Of a DNA stretch of 64,000 nucleotides, positions 10,014-20,672 are shown one piece after another. The notes under the pieces are model-generated. The model ran no database searches and was not told the origin of the DNA. It was given only the letters and a program-made list of their open reading frames with translations. Position 1 is the first letter of the stretch, and every line of letters starts with the position of its first letter. Position numbers and translations under genes: made by a program. This stretch comes from Nitrospirota bacterium (GTDB lineage: Bacteria > Nitrospirota > JACRHJ01), in the NCBI GenBank assembly GCA_963733375.1, contig CAVTDB010000002.1, positions 1-64,000 of the forward strand, in the 5' to 3' direction.

Positions 10014-12294
10014 ATGAAGTTTTTTCTCTCTTTATTGCTTATCGCGTCGATGCTGCCGGCGTCTTTCGCCTTTGGCGCGGACGCTCAAGCCGCTCCCGCG
10101 CCCCCGTCCCCATTACAGAACTATTCCACCCCGTCCCAGCTGCGGGGCCGCTCCATACCCCCCGCCTCCGCATTCCGGTTCGATGACGGCCGGGGATGCT
10201 CCGGAAGAAGACGGCGGCTCCGAAAATTTTCAGGAAGCGCTGGGCCTCTTCCAGGACGGCGATTACAACGGGGCCGCATCCGCGTCGGAAATAATTCTAC
10301 AAAACTACTCAGGCACCCCTTGGGGAGGCCGGGGCGCATTTTTAGCCGCGCGGGCGTACGGGGCGGCGGGCGATTTAAATAAAGCGTCCGAATTCTTTCA
10401 GTTATCCAAAAAAAAACTGCCGTGCCTTTCGGGCTATGCGGATTACCTGCTCGCTTCGCCGATGCAGCGGGCGGGCCGTTACAAGGAAGCGTTGAAACTT
10501 TACCTGGACGCGGCAAGGGAGGCAAGGCCGGTATCGGTTGAAAGCGTCCTGCAGGCGGGTGAGATAGATATTCTCCTTGGAAATTACGCGCAGGCGGCTG
10601 AGTTGCTGAAGGGCCTTGCCGGCGAAGACCTGGCAAGCGGAAGCGCGGCAAGGGCGGACTACCTTCTGACGCTGGCGCTGGCCGGGGCCGGGGACTCCAA
10701 GGGCGCGATAAAATATTACCGCATCCTGTGGCAGGACTATCCCGGGCTGTCCTTCGAGCCGAAGGCAAAAAAGCGCCTCCGGGAGCTGAACATAAAAATA
10801 CCCGCCTTCGGCGTCGCCGAACATATGGCGAGGGCGGAGTCCTGCATGAAACGCGGCATGAACGAGGACGCGCTGGAAGTCGTACAACGAGGTTTATCGC
10901 GGGCTGGATAAGAAATCGAAGCTCCGCGCGGAAGCGCTTTTCGGCGAGGGCGAGTGCTATTTCCGGCTGAAGGACAACAAGGAGGCCGAGAAAGCCCTGC
11001 GCGCGGCGCTGGACAGGAAGCTTCCGGCGGACAAGGCCTCGGAGGCATATCTCCTTCTTGCCCGGATGTACCTCCGGGAAGGCGATAACTCGAAATTCAG
11101 CGATACCATCGGCCGGTGCTCGGAAAAATATCCGCACGAGTCAAGTACCGCCAATGCACTGTACCTCATGGGCACGGTCCTCTCGCAGAAGGGCGACTAC
11201 GACGGGGCGCTGGCCGCGTTAAAAAAGCTTTCCAGCGCTTTTCCCGCATGGTCCAGGATGGATGAAGCGCTCTGGCAGACGGGCTGGGCGCAGTTCAAAA
11301 AAAAGGATTATTCCGCGGCCCAGGAGAGTTTCTCCAGGCTTTACTCGGACTATCCCGACTCTTCTCTTGCGCCGCAGGCGCTTTACTGGCGGGCAAAGGC
11401 GCTGGGCCAGGCCGGCAACCAGAAGGACGCGCGGCTTCTGATAGATCAGTTGCAGGCGTCTTATCCGTACTCCTTTTACGGCCTTATCTCGGGCCTTCCG
11501 TCCCGGATATATTCAGCAAAACCGGCGGAAGAGAATGATGCCGGGCCCGGAAGAGGTCGAAGAGGATTATATAGACGAGCCTCCGGCTTCGCCCGACGCA
11601 AGGCTTCAGGCCGTCTATGAGCTGGGTGAGCAGGGCCTGTGCGGACTTGCCCGGAAAGAGCTTCGGCACGCGGAGCGTTTATTCAGGTTTTCCAAAGAAG
11701 CGGATAAAATAACCGACGCCTATCATTTCATAGGGGAATATAAAAGGCCGCTGGAACTTACTTCTTCCTCGTGGCGACGGCACTCCTCCGATGAAAGAAA
11801 CCTGCCGGCGGAGGCATCTGAAGACCCTGTTCCCGCTGCCGGACTGGGACGCCATCTATCTGGAGGCTAAGGGCTACGGCATGGACCCGTGGCTAATCAG
11901 CGCCGTCATCCGGGAAGAGTCGCACTGCTCTCCCGATGCGGTGTCGCCCGTGGGCGCGGTGGGGCTGATGCAGCTTATGGAGGGTACCGCGGACGCCATG
12001 TGCCGCAAGATGAACGTCGCGTCCCCCGGCGGGGAGGGTCTTAAAAATTGCGGGTTCAATATCCCTATAGGCTCTTTTTATCTCAGGCAGCTTTTAAAAA
12101 AGCACGGCGGCAGGCTCGCCTTCGTCCTGGCCGAGTATAATGCGGGGCCCGGGGGCCTGGCAAAGTGGAAAGCCGGGGATATGCCGGACGATTACTTCAT
12201 CGAGAACATTGATTATGCCGAGACGCGGGGATACGTAAAGAAGGTGCTGAGGAATTATTTCATGTACAAGAAACTGTATTCCCCCGCCCCCTGA
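10014..12294 (+). CDS. TPR-containing soluble lytic murein transglycosylase (Slt-like); several frameshifts
   Basis: Signal peptide MKFFLSLLLIASMLPASFAFG; TPR-like helices; SLT motifs AVIREES, GAVGLMQLM, YNAGPG, IDYAETRGYVKKV. Confidence 0.85.
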
Positions 12295-12306
12295 CCTCCC
12301 CCCACT

Positions 12307-13385
12307 TTACGCCGCTCTCTTGAACTGTTGTCCTCCAATCTCGAACCCCATGTCCCTCAGGACCTGCGGTATCCCTTCCTTGTAATTCGGGAACTTCAAG
12401 CTGTATCCGGTATCCTCAAGCACTTTTCTGGGCATTGACCTTTATGGACGCGCTCATGCTCTCGGCCTCAAGCCTGCCGAACTTCCTGGCATAGGTTTCG
12501 AAATCTACCATCTGGGGCACCGGCGCGCCCAGCAGCCCGGCAATATGGACTACCATCTCCTTCTGCGTGACCGGCGTCGAGGTCGGAGAGCGTATACATA
12601 GCGTCCTCGTCTATTCTCTCCGCTATTTCCGCATATAGCCCGGCCAGGTCGTCAATGTGGAGTAAGCTCAGGTAGTTATCCCCCGGCTCCACTAGCTTCG
12701 CCTTGCCGTACACGATATTATTGACCAGGTTCTTAAACCAGCCTTCCTTCCCGTACACCATCGAAGGGTACAGACTGATGAGCTTTATCCCCGCCTCTTT
12801 CCCCGCCTGCGTTATGGACTCGAAAGAGCCTTCCAGCGGCCTGCAGAACCCGGCCGGGTCCAGCGCGTCCACTTCGCTCGCTTCCGCTCCTCCCCTGTTT
12901 CCCAGGCAGAGGGTATGGCAGGTGATTATGGCCGTTTTCGCCTTCCCGCCGGCGGCATTTTTAAGGAGGGTCGCCACGTCCACGCGCGTGCTTTTTCCCA
13001 CGCTCGTTTATCTCGTCTTCCGTGATGTCCTCTTCCTCGCTGAAAGGCTTGGTCAGACTTATAATCTTGTCGCAGTCCTTGAGTTCCTTCGTCCATTCCG
13101 GCCTTGCGTCGGATATGTCGCCGAAAAAGTACCTGATATTCCCTGGCAGATTCGCGGTTTCCCCGGAGGGTTCTTCCTCCTCCGGCACGAAAGTCTCGTG
13201 CTTGTCTGAAGTTCCCCTTCTTCCATGAGGTCTTCCCTTTCCAGTATGACCTCCTCCAGGTACGCCTCCTCCCCGGACTGCTTCAGTTCGTTATCCAGGG
13301 CTATAACCTCGTGCCCCCGGCGGGCAAGCTCGTTCGTCACGGCGCTGCCCAGAAAGCCGGAAGCACCGGAAACGAAAATCTTCAT
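12307..13385 (-). CDS. NAD-dependent epimerase/dehydratase (atypical SDR); frameshifted
   Basis: MKIFVSGASGFLG Rossmann motif; PSMVYG; LHIDDLA; C-terminal LKFPNYKEGI. Confidence 0.75.
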
Positions 13386-13548
13386 CGCCGCACCTCCGGT
13401 GCCTGCTAAAATGCAATATATATAAGTAATTATATCGTCCTTTAAGCCGCCTTTGTCACCGGAGGGGCTATGGAAATTGATTTGATTTCTAAAAAATTAA
13501 TGGTAGTATTAAATCTGTAAACGCGGATTTAACATTGAAGGAGGAAAG

Positions 13549-13695
13549 ATGACAAGCGGCTATTGCGTCAAGTGCAAGGAAAAAAGGGATATGAAGGACG
13601 CCAAGGAAATTACCATGAAGAACGGGAAGCCCGCGGTCGAAGGGATATGTCCCGTGTGCGGCACGAAGATGTTCAAGATCGGCAAGATGGCCTGA
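13549..13695 (+). CDS. Small zinc-ribbon protein, DUF5679-like (48 aa; absent from ORF track)
   Basis: SD AAGGAGG then MTSGYCVKCKEKRDMKDAKEITMKNGKPAVEGICPVCGTKMFKIGKMA*. Confidence 0.85.
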   Translation: MTSGYCVKCKEKRDMKDAKEITMKNGKPAVEGICPVCGTKMFKIGKMA

Positions 13696-13938
13696 TAGTT
13701 TGTCAGGATGTCAGCCGCCTGCAGCCTTTTGCGGCGGGTTAAGCATCGACCTGGCGTTCGGCGCGGACAGCAAGTTGAGATTAAAACCAAACCTCTGAGC
13801 GGTGCTGGCGGAGGCGCCGCCGCTGACCGAATCATTCTGCTGACAGGAAGAGCCGGTTCCGTAACTCATTAAGAGGCGCCCGCAGCCTTGTGCTCCAGAC
13901 GGCTCGCTCCTCTCTTGGCAAAGAGAAAGTTTTATGAA

Positions 13939-14691
13939 GTGTTAAACGGCAAAAAAATCATAGTCGTAATGCCGGCTTACAATGCGGAAAAAACGCTTGC
14001 CAAGACCTATGAAGAGATCCCTTTTGATATCGTGGACGACGTTATCCTGGTCGACGACGCCAGCAGCGACCGGACCACCGCTACCGCCAGGGACATGGGT
14101 ATTAAAACCATAGTCCATGAAGAAAACATCGGGTACGGCGGGAACCAGAAAACTTGCTACCGGACCGCCCTGGGGCTCGGCGCGGACATCGTAATAATGC
14201 TCCACCCGGACTACCAGTACACCCCCAAGCTGATACCGGCCATGGCGTCGATGATCGCGTACGAGGAATTTGATGCGGTACTTGCCTCGCGTATACTTGG
14301 CATTGGCGCCTTAAAAGGCGGGATGCCGTTTTATAAATACCTGGCTAACCGCTTTCTCACGCTGGCCGAAAACCTGCTGCTCGGCCATAAGCTGTCCGAA
14401 TACCATACCGGATACAGGGCCTTTTCCCGTGAAGTCCTGAATCGGCTACCGCTCGAAAACAACTCCAACGATTTCGTCTTCGATAACCAGATGATCGCCC
14501 AGATTATCTGGTTTGGCTATCGTATCGGGGAGTTGAGCTGTCCTACAAAATATTTCACGGACGCCTCATCCATAAACTTCCGCCGCAGCGTAATTTATGG
14601 TTTCGGCGTTTTGCGGACCGCAATCCAATTTCGCTTTCAAAAATGGGGGATCTGCCGGTCCAGGATATTCGGCCCCGTTGCGGGCCGCTGA
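13939..14691 (+). CDS. Glycosyltransferase family 2 (DPM1-like polyprenol-phosphate sugar synthase)
   Basis: [40 protein letters not shown]; probable GTG start 13939. Confidence 0.9.
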   Translation: MLNGKKIIVVMPAYNAEKTLAKTYEEIPFDIVDDVILVDDASSDRTTATARDMGIKTIVHEENIGYGGNQKTCYRTALGLGADIVIMLHPDYQYTPKLIPAMASMIAYEEFDAVLASRILGIGALKGGMPFYKYLANRFLTLAENLLLGHKLSEYHTGYRAFSREVLNRLPLENNSNDFVFDNQMIAQIIWFGYRIGELSCPTKYFTDASSINFRRSVIYGFGVLRTAIQFRFQKWGICRSRIFGPVAGR

Positions 14692-14728
14692 ATGGCTAAT
14701 AATTAAAATTACGTGAGGGTGAAGGAAG

Positions 14729-16576
14729 TTGCGATTTAAAATCATTGTTATCTTGGTGTTGCTTACCGCAATCGCCCTGGCTTACTGGAATATTGGAGGC
14801 TATTTTATAAGCCTTGACGACCTCGATTATATTACAAAAAACATCCATGTTACAACAGGCTTGACCAAGGGAAATTTCGTCTGGGCTTTTACCAACAGCT
14901 ATCAATCTAACTGGCATCCTCTGACATGGTTATCCCATATGGCTGATTGCCAGCTATATGGACTGGATCCGAGAGGGCACCGCCTGACAAATGTCTTATT
15001 TCATGCAATAAACACTGTTCTCCTGTTTCTGCTTCTCCTTAAGATTACCGGCGCCAGATGGCAGAGCGCTTTTGTGGCTGCTTTATTCGCGCTTCACCCG
15101 CTGCATGTGGAATCGGTTGCATGGATCGCGGAGCGCAAGGACGTTTTAAGCGGCATGTTCTGGATGCTGACTCTGCTGGGATATGCATATTATGCGGAGC
15201 GCCCGAATTTCAAAAGATACCTTCTGACTTTATTTGCCTTCGCCCTGGGACTTATGGCCAAGCCCATGCTTGTTACTCTCCCGGTGGTAATGCTTCTTCT
15301 GGATTACTGGCCTTTAAAACGGACTGCTTTAATTGAAGCCAAAGCTGGGGATTCCGGTCAAACCCCAGGTAAAACAAAGGCAATAAAATTCCCATTACTC
15401 ATCATAGAAAAAATTCCCTTTTTCGTACTTGCGGCGGCCTCAAGCGCTATTACCATTTATGCCCAGAAATCAGGCGGCGCGGTCATTCCGATGAAGGCGG
15501 TCCCGGCAGCTTTCCGGAGCGTAAATGCCTCGATTTCATATGTCACATATATTGGACAGATGTTTTGGCCGGCCCGGCTTGCCGTCTTCTATCCCCTGCC
15601 TTTTAACTTGACTATCTGGCAGGGCCTGGCGGCAGGCGCCTTACTCCTGGCCGTAACTGTTGGCGCCGTCATGCTGGCCCGGAAAGCGCCTTATTTCTTA
15701 ACCGGCTGGTTATGGTATCTAATAACTCTCCTGCCGGTCATAGGGTTTATCCAGGTAGGGCTGCAGGCAAGGGCCGACCGTTATACGTATCTGCCGCTTA
15801 TAGGCATTTTTATCATTATAGCATGGGGAGTCCCGGCTCTCCTGGCCACCTGGAAACACCGTAAAGGCGCGCTTACAGTCCTTGCGGCAATTATTCTTTT
15901 AGCGTGCGCGCTCGCAACCAGGCATCAAGTGGCCTTCTGGGAAAGCGACCTGACGCTTTTCAGGCATGCCGCGGACGTTACCAATAACAACTATGTGGCT
16001 TATAAAATTTTAGGATATGACTTTTTAAGCCAAAAGAAATATGACGAAGCTGCGAGTAATTTCTCGGAGGCATTGCGCAGTACGCCTGAGGGCAAAGATG
16101 CGGAGGCCCTCTCAGGCATGGGTTTTTGTTTGATGGCACTCGGTAAGACTGATGAAGCGATTGCCTTTTTTCAGAAAGCTATTAATATAAAACCCGACCA
16201 CATAAATGCCCTTTTAGGCTTGGGAAACAGTTTCTTAAGAATAGGCAGGGTGGACGATGCAATAGGTCAATTCTCCAAAGCAGCCGAAATTGACCCCAAT
16301 AGAGCCGATGTTCAGTATAGTCTCGCGCGTGCGTTAGGCGAGCGGGGAAGGACCAATGAAGCTATACAGCATTTTGAAGCGGCCCTGCAATTAGACCCCG
16401 ACCTCGCGGAGGCCCATTATGACCTTGGGGTTTCGTTACTTCGGGTAGGCAGGCTTGACGAGGCGATATACCATTTTGAAGAGGCTGTCAGTATAAAGCC
16501 GGACTTTGGGCAAGCTCGCAGCAGTCTTCAGGCGGCCCTTTTGCTTAAAAAAGAACCATCTCACCAAAAAAAATAG
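14729..16576 (+). CDS. Multi-pass membrane protein with C-terminal TPRs (TMTC-like GT-C glycosyltransferase)
   Basis: LDD in first loop, WHPLTWLSH, FALHPLHVESVAWIAERKD, ADRYTYLP, many TM segments, then TPR repeats. Confidence 0.85.
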   Translation: MRFKIIVILVLLTAIALAYWNIGGYFISLDDLDYITKNIHVTTGLTKGNFVWAFTNSYQSNWHPLTWLSHMADCQLYGLDPRGHRLTNVLFHAINTVLLFLLLLKITGARWQSAFVAALFALHPLHVESVAWIAERKDVLSGMFWMLTLLGYAYYAERPNFKRYLLTLFAFALGLMAKPMLVTLPVVMLLLDYWPLKRTALIEAKAGDSGQTPGKTKAIKFPLLIIEKIPFFVLAAASSAITIYAQKSGGAVIPMKAVPAAFRSVNASISYVTYIGQMFWPARLAVFYPLPFNLTIWQGLAAGALLLAVTVGAVMLARKAPYFLTGWLWYLITLLPVIGFIQVGLQARADRYTYLPLIGIFIIIAWGVPALLATWKHRKGALTVLAAIILLACALATRHQVAFWESDLTLFRHAADVTNNNYVAYKILGYDFLSQKKYDEAASNFSEALRSTPEGKDAEALSGMGFCLMALGKTDEAIAFFQKAINIKPDHINALLGLGNSFLRIGRVDDAIGQFSKAAEIDPNRADVQYSLARALGERGRTNEAIQHFEAALQLDPDLAEAHYDLGVSLLRVGRLDEAIYHFEEAVSIKPDFGQARSSLQAALLLKKEPSHQKK

Positions 16577-16630
16577 CGCAAGTCCTTAGAACCTGCATTT
16601 TTTCCAATGCATGCCTTATTAAGCAAAGCC

Positions 16631-16650
16631 GGGGCCTCCGAAGAGGCCCC
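16631..16650. terminator. Intrinsic terminator-like hairpin between convergent genes
   Basis: GGGGCCTC-CGAA-GAGGCCCC (cUUCGg loop on minus strand); near-identical hairpin at 31644-31659. Confidence 0.7.
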
Positions 16651-16694
16651 GCGCCCTTTTAATAATTAGACCTGCCTATGAAAGCCGCCTAAAC

Positions 16695-18092
16695 TTAGTC
16701 TTTCGCGTGGCACTTGTTGCACAGCTGGCGCTGGTATGCCGAGAATACGGTCTCTGGCCTGCCGTACATGCCCGCCTTGTACTGGCCGGTCACCATCACG
16801 ATATCTACCCCAAGCGGATCGATCACCGTGGGGTAGACGCCAGCACTGACTATGAGCTCGTCGTTGAAGTCCCACCTGCCGCTCTGCTGGAAGGCGGAGG
16901 CGTGCGCCCTGTGGCAGGAGAGGCACATGACGCTGGTGGTCGCGGACGCGATCAGGTTGTTGGTATCGGGGGTGTTAACCGCTAAATTGCCGCTAACCAT
17001 GGGGCCAAGCGTGGCCCTGGTAGGGGTGCCATTCATCTCGATTGGGATGAGGCTGGTGTACTGGTTGGTGCCAGTCATATTGCCGCTGCCAAGGTAGGCG
17101 TTGTAGTTCTCAGCTATGGTGAAAGTACCGCCGCCGGCGCCAATGACGTTGCCGGCAAGGACGTTCATTGTCGCGGTCGCGCCATTCGGATGCCTGTGCG
17201 TAATGGAGGTATCGCTGGAATTGAGCATACCGGGGTGGCAGTTCGCGCACCATTCGGACATGCCCGAGCCGTAGGCGACCCTGACCTCACCGTTGAGGTT
17301 CTCGTCCTGATTGTAGGCTACCGGTGCTACCGCTATCGGCGAATTATTGATGAACGCGGGACCGGTGGGGTAAGACTTCGGCAGATAGCCAGAGCTGCCA
17401 AGAAGCCTGTAGACGCCAACTGCGTTGGTTCCATTCACCGCAGCCGGGTAACCCGAGCTGACAGGATAGGAGCCGGAGTTGGAGATCGGGTCGATATTTA
17501 CGCCCGGGGTGCTGGGGCCCGATATAGTGCCATCCGCAGCCTGCCTGAAACGTCCATGGGGATCATGGCAGCTGGTGCAGTGGAGATTGGCTGAGGCGTA
17601 GGTTCCGCCCGGCGCCGTGGCCATTTGGGAAACGATCAAGTTGAAATCGGAGGCCACTATATGGTGACCATTGCTGGTCCACGGATTGCTGGTGTTTGAG
17701 CTGGCATTGATAGCCACCAGCCATCCGAAGTCGCCGCCAGGGGTGTAGTTGAGCGGGGTGGCGCCGACGGAAATAGGATAAGTCATCTCGGAATAGCTGC
17801 GCGCAACAGAGTTGGCATGACAGTTGAGGCAGGTAGAGGACTGGTCGGAGCCCTTCAGGAGGTACGGTGTATTCGACTGGGTTATGGTATCAGCGGGGCC
17901 GTTTAAAGTCGATGCGCCGCTCTGTGCGCTATTAGGTACGGTATTGTTTGTTCCACCCAGCGAGTTGTGCATTAAATGACAGCCTTCGCAAACCGCGACG
18001 CCGCCGTCATGGAAAGCGAACGCGCTGCCGGTGAGTCCCATCACCAGCATGACCACCAGGCCGGCCAGTGCTCTAATGTTAAATAACTTCAT
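16695..18092 (-). CDS. omcS: OmcS-family hexaheme cytochrome c (paralog 1)
   Basis: Signal peptide then FHDGGVAVCEGCHLMHNSLGG; six CxxCH; TPGGDFGW, CHDPHGR, RVAYGSGMSEWCANCH, CLSCHRAHAS, YQRQLCNKCHAKD match recalled OmcS sequence; SD GGAGG; exact orthology not established. Confidence 0.92.
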   Translation of the reverse strand: MKLFNIRALAGLVVMLVMGLTGSAFAFHDGGVAVCEGCHLMHNSLGGTNNTVPNSAQSGASTLNGPADTITQSNTPYLLKGSDQSSTCLNCHANSVARSYSEMTYPISVGATPLNYTPGGDFGWLVAINASSNTSNPWTSNGHHIVASDFNLIVSQMATAPGGTYASANLHCTSCHDPHGRFRQAADGTISGPSTPGVNIDPISNSGSYPVSSGYPAAVNGTNAVGVYRLLGSSGYLPKSYPTGPAFINNSPIAVAPVAYNQDENLNGEVRVAYGSGMSEWCANCHPGMLNSSDTSITHRHPNGATATMNVLAGNVIGAGGGTFTIAENYNAYLGSGNMTGTNQYTSLIPIEMNGTPTRATLGPMVSGNLAVNTPDTNNLIASATTSVMCLSCHRAHASAFQQSGRWDFNDELIVSAGVYPTVIDPLGVDIVMVTGQYKAGMYGRPETVFSAYQRQLCNKCHAKD

Positions 18093-18150
18093 TTTACCCT
18101 CCGTTTGTTTTCCGATCGCCTTCGCCTCCTTGCCTTTCAAGGGACGGTCT
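18093..18150 (-). promoter_or_regulatory. Conserved 5' leader shared with OmcS paralog 3
   Basis: CCGTCCCTTGAAAGGCAAGGAGGCGAAGGCGATCGGAAAACAAACGGAGGGTAAA-ATG resembles 33086-33138. Confidence 0.6.
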
Positions 18151-18363
18151 GGCCATCGTAATAAGAAACTTCGTAGGGGGATGCAGGGAACTTTTTCGAA
18201 ATTTCTTGTGTTCGAACCGGAGGGCTAAGGTTGAGTGCGCTCTGGAAAGTGTTTCTTGAGAACTCAGGATCAGAAGTTTTTTAAAATTTGTACGCATCCG
18301 TCATGACAACGGCTGCGTACCTGTTATAAATACTATATAATAAGCAATAGATTTTCGTCAAGT

Positions 18364-19639
18364 TTAATGCACATGGCATTTATCGCATAGGGTCTTCTGG
18401 TTTGCCGCGAACTTGCCGGCGGGGCGGCCGTACATGGCCCGCTGGTACTCAGCTTGAGTCTTGCCGGTAGCGTACTGGCCGTATGCTCCCGTCCCCGCCG
18501 CATTGGTCCCTGGGTACGCCCCGTTTACGGTTATCAGGGTCGAGGAATAGTTGGCCCATCTCATCGCGCCATCCCAGGCGGAAGCGTGCGCCCTATGGCA
18601 GGAGAGGCAGTTGACCATGTCGCCTGGGTCCGGCCCCGCCGTTGAGCCCACGATATTAGAAAGGGTTGCCAAGTCAGTAGAGTTGCCGGTCTGAAAAGGC
18701 ACGAGCGAGGTATATGCCGTGGCCTGGGTGCCCGACAGGTCGCCGGTCATCACATAGATGTTATAATTATTGGCGTACGTCGAACCGAAAATCATGTCGG
18801 AGTCATGACTGAACGTGCTGCCGCTGCCCGCCATATGATAGGCTCCATGGCAGTTCTCGCACCATTGGCTCACGCCTTGCCCATATGCGACCCTCGTATC
18901 CGTGAAGTGGCCTCGGACCTGTTGTAATTTGACGGGGAAACGGCGTAAAAGGGATCGTATACGAAAGCATAGTTGCCTGAAAGAGATGTGGGCTGATAAT
19001 TCTTCCCGCCCAGGAGCCGGTAGACGCCGACCGCGGTCGTCTGTTGTAGGCAGCATCCCGTAAGAGCCGGACGCGGCAATGGGTGGTATCGCCGCCCCCC
19101 TGGCTCGGCCCGACTCATTCCACTACTTGTTATCCTGAAGCGGCCATGAGGGTCGTGGCAGCTGATGCATGAGAGGTTGGCCGAGGGGTAATAGCCGCCA
19201 GGCGAAGTATTATAAGTCGCGTCCTGGAAATAATTATAATCAGTCGCGATTATATTGTGCCCGTGCCTGTCGCCGGGGCTGTTCTGCATGACCCCTTTCG
19301 AGGTTATCCAGCTATAATTTTTTTGAATATAGGCAAAATCTCCGCCCGGGGTAAGCTGCGCCGGGCGGGAACCCGGGGCGGAGGTGGATATGTAGCCACC
19401 GCATAATTGTCGGTCGTGGAAGACGGAATGGCAAATCAGGCAGGTGGAACTGCCGTCGGAGCCCTGGAGCAGGTATTTATCGGGCTTCCAGGATATGTGT
19501 TCGACCAGCTTGAGAATAATGCATCGTATGGCAGCCATCACATTGTGCGACGCCGCCATCATGAAAAGCCTCTCCCGAGGATGGAAATGGCCACCAATGC
19601 AACTGTAATTATCACTAAGAATAGGTCTGTCTTTTTCAA
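18364..19639 (-). CDS. omcS: OmcS-family hexaheme cytochrome c (paralog 2); frameshifted
   Basis: Reconstructed across frames: TTG start, AFHDGGVAQCDGCHTMH, CLICH, LTPGGDF, GDRHGHNII, CISCHDPHG, RVAYGQGVSQWCENCH, CLSCHRAHAS, LCDKCH. Confidence 0.85.
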
Positions 19640-19764
19640 AGTTTAAACCGGAGTTGGCCAGCGAAGCTATCATTAAAATAATACTATAATCAGCATTTTG
19701 CAAAGGGTCAGATTCTGCCTCCCATGATTAAATCTACACTCTCACTCATTACGAGTAAAAGGTT

Positions 19765-20669
19765 TTATTTAGCAATTGAAAAAATTCCTACCCGGTTATT
19801 GCCCCTGTCCGCAATAAAGGCATAACCCGTCGGGCTGACGCACATCTGGACGGGATAATACAGCAGTCCTTCGCTCCAGCCGAGGGTTAACTGCCGTCCC
19901 CTGGAAGGAGCCATCCTGACCGAGTATTATTACGCCTGCGCCGTGCTCGTCCACCACAAAGAAGGTACCCTTTTCGTCCATGGTGATCGAGATGGGGAAG
20001 TTCATGTAATCCTTCATGTCTTTCGTGAAGGGCGAGAACTCCTTTCCCGCGGGAGCGGAATAGATAATACAGTTTATGGAATCGACGATATAAATGGTCC
20101 CTTGCGGGTCGATGCACAGGTCCGCGATAAAACCCGCGCCTTTAGGGAAATCTATTTTTTTCTGAAATTTCCCAGCCGGGTCAAGGACGACAACACTCGT
20201 CGATGTGTTGTCTGCCAGGTAGATATTGCCTGAAGAGTCGAGCTTGAAGCTGACAGGGTTGATGCTTCCGAAGCCGGCAGGCAGGCCCTGCGGCTCGATA
20301 TAGCCCACAAATTTGCCGGAGGGGTCTATGTGCGCAACCTTCCTAAGCTTACTGTCGAGGACGAAAATATCGCCCTTCGCGTCCAGTTGGACGCGGGTCG
20401 GGCTTGCTATCTGGGGAAGTTTTATCGGCACCCCGATTTTAAGCCCCGAATCATCGTAATGGAAGGATACCAAGCCTGCCATTACCCGTATCCGCGGCGA
20501 CAACTTCCTTATCGTTGCAGGCTATACCCTCGGGGCTGGTTAATGCCCCCTCTTTATCGTCCGTATAAATAGAAAGCTTCGGCAAAAGGCTGATCCTTCC
20601 GGCGGCCAACCCGGCCGCCGGAAACGAAAGGAGTATTACAAGCGCAGTAAGAAATAAGCCTTTTTTCAT
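19765..20669 (-). CDS. Secreted NHL-repeat beta-propeller protein; frameshifted
   Basis: Signal peptide MKKGLFLTALVILLSFPAAGLAA; repeats PEGIA, VVAADTGNGR, LDSSGNIYLAD, FIADRGNNRV. Confidence 0.8.
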
Positions 20670-20672
20670 ATT

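Noticed and set aside
10121-11137. Long antisense or alternate-frame ORFs (e.g. 10121-11137, 6849-7799, 52116-52970, 57182-57979)
   Set aside because: Shadow ORFs overlapping well-supported genes in GC-rich DNA, with no recognisable motifs.
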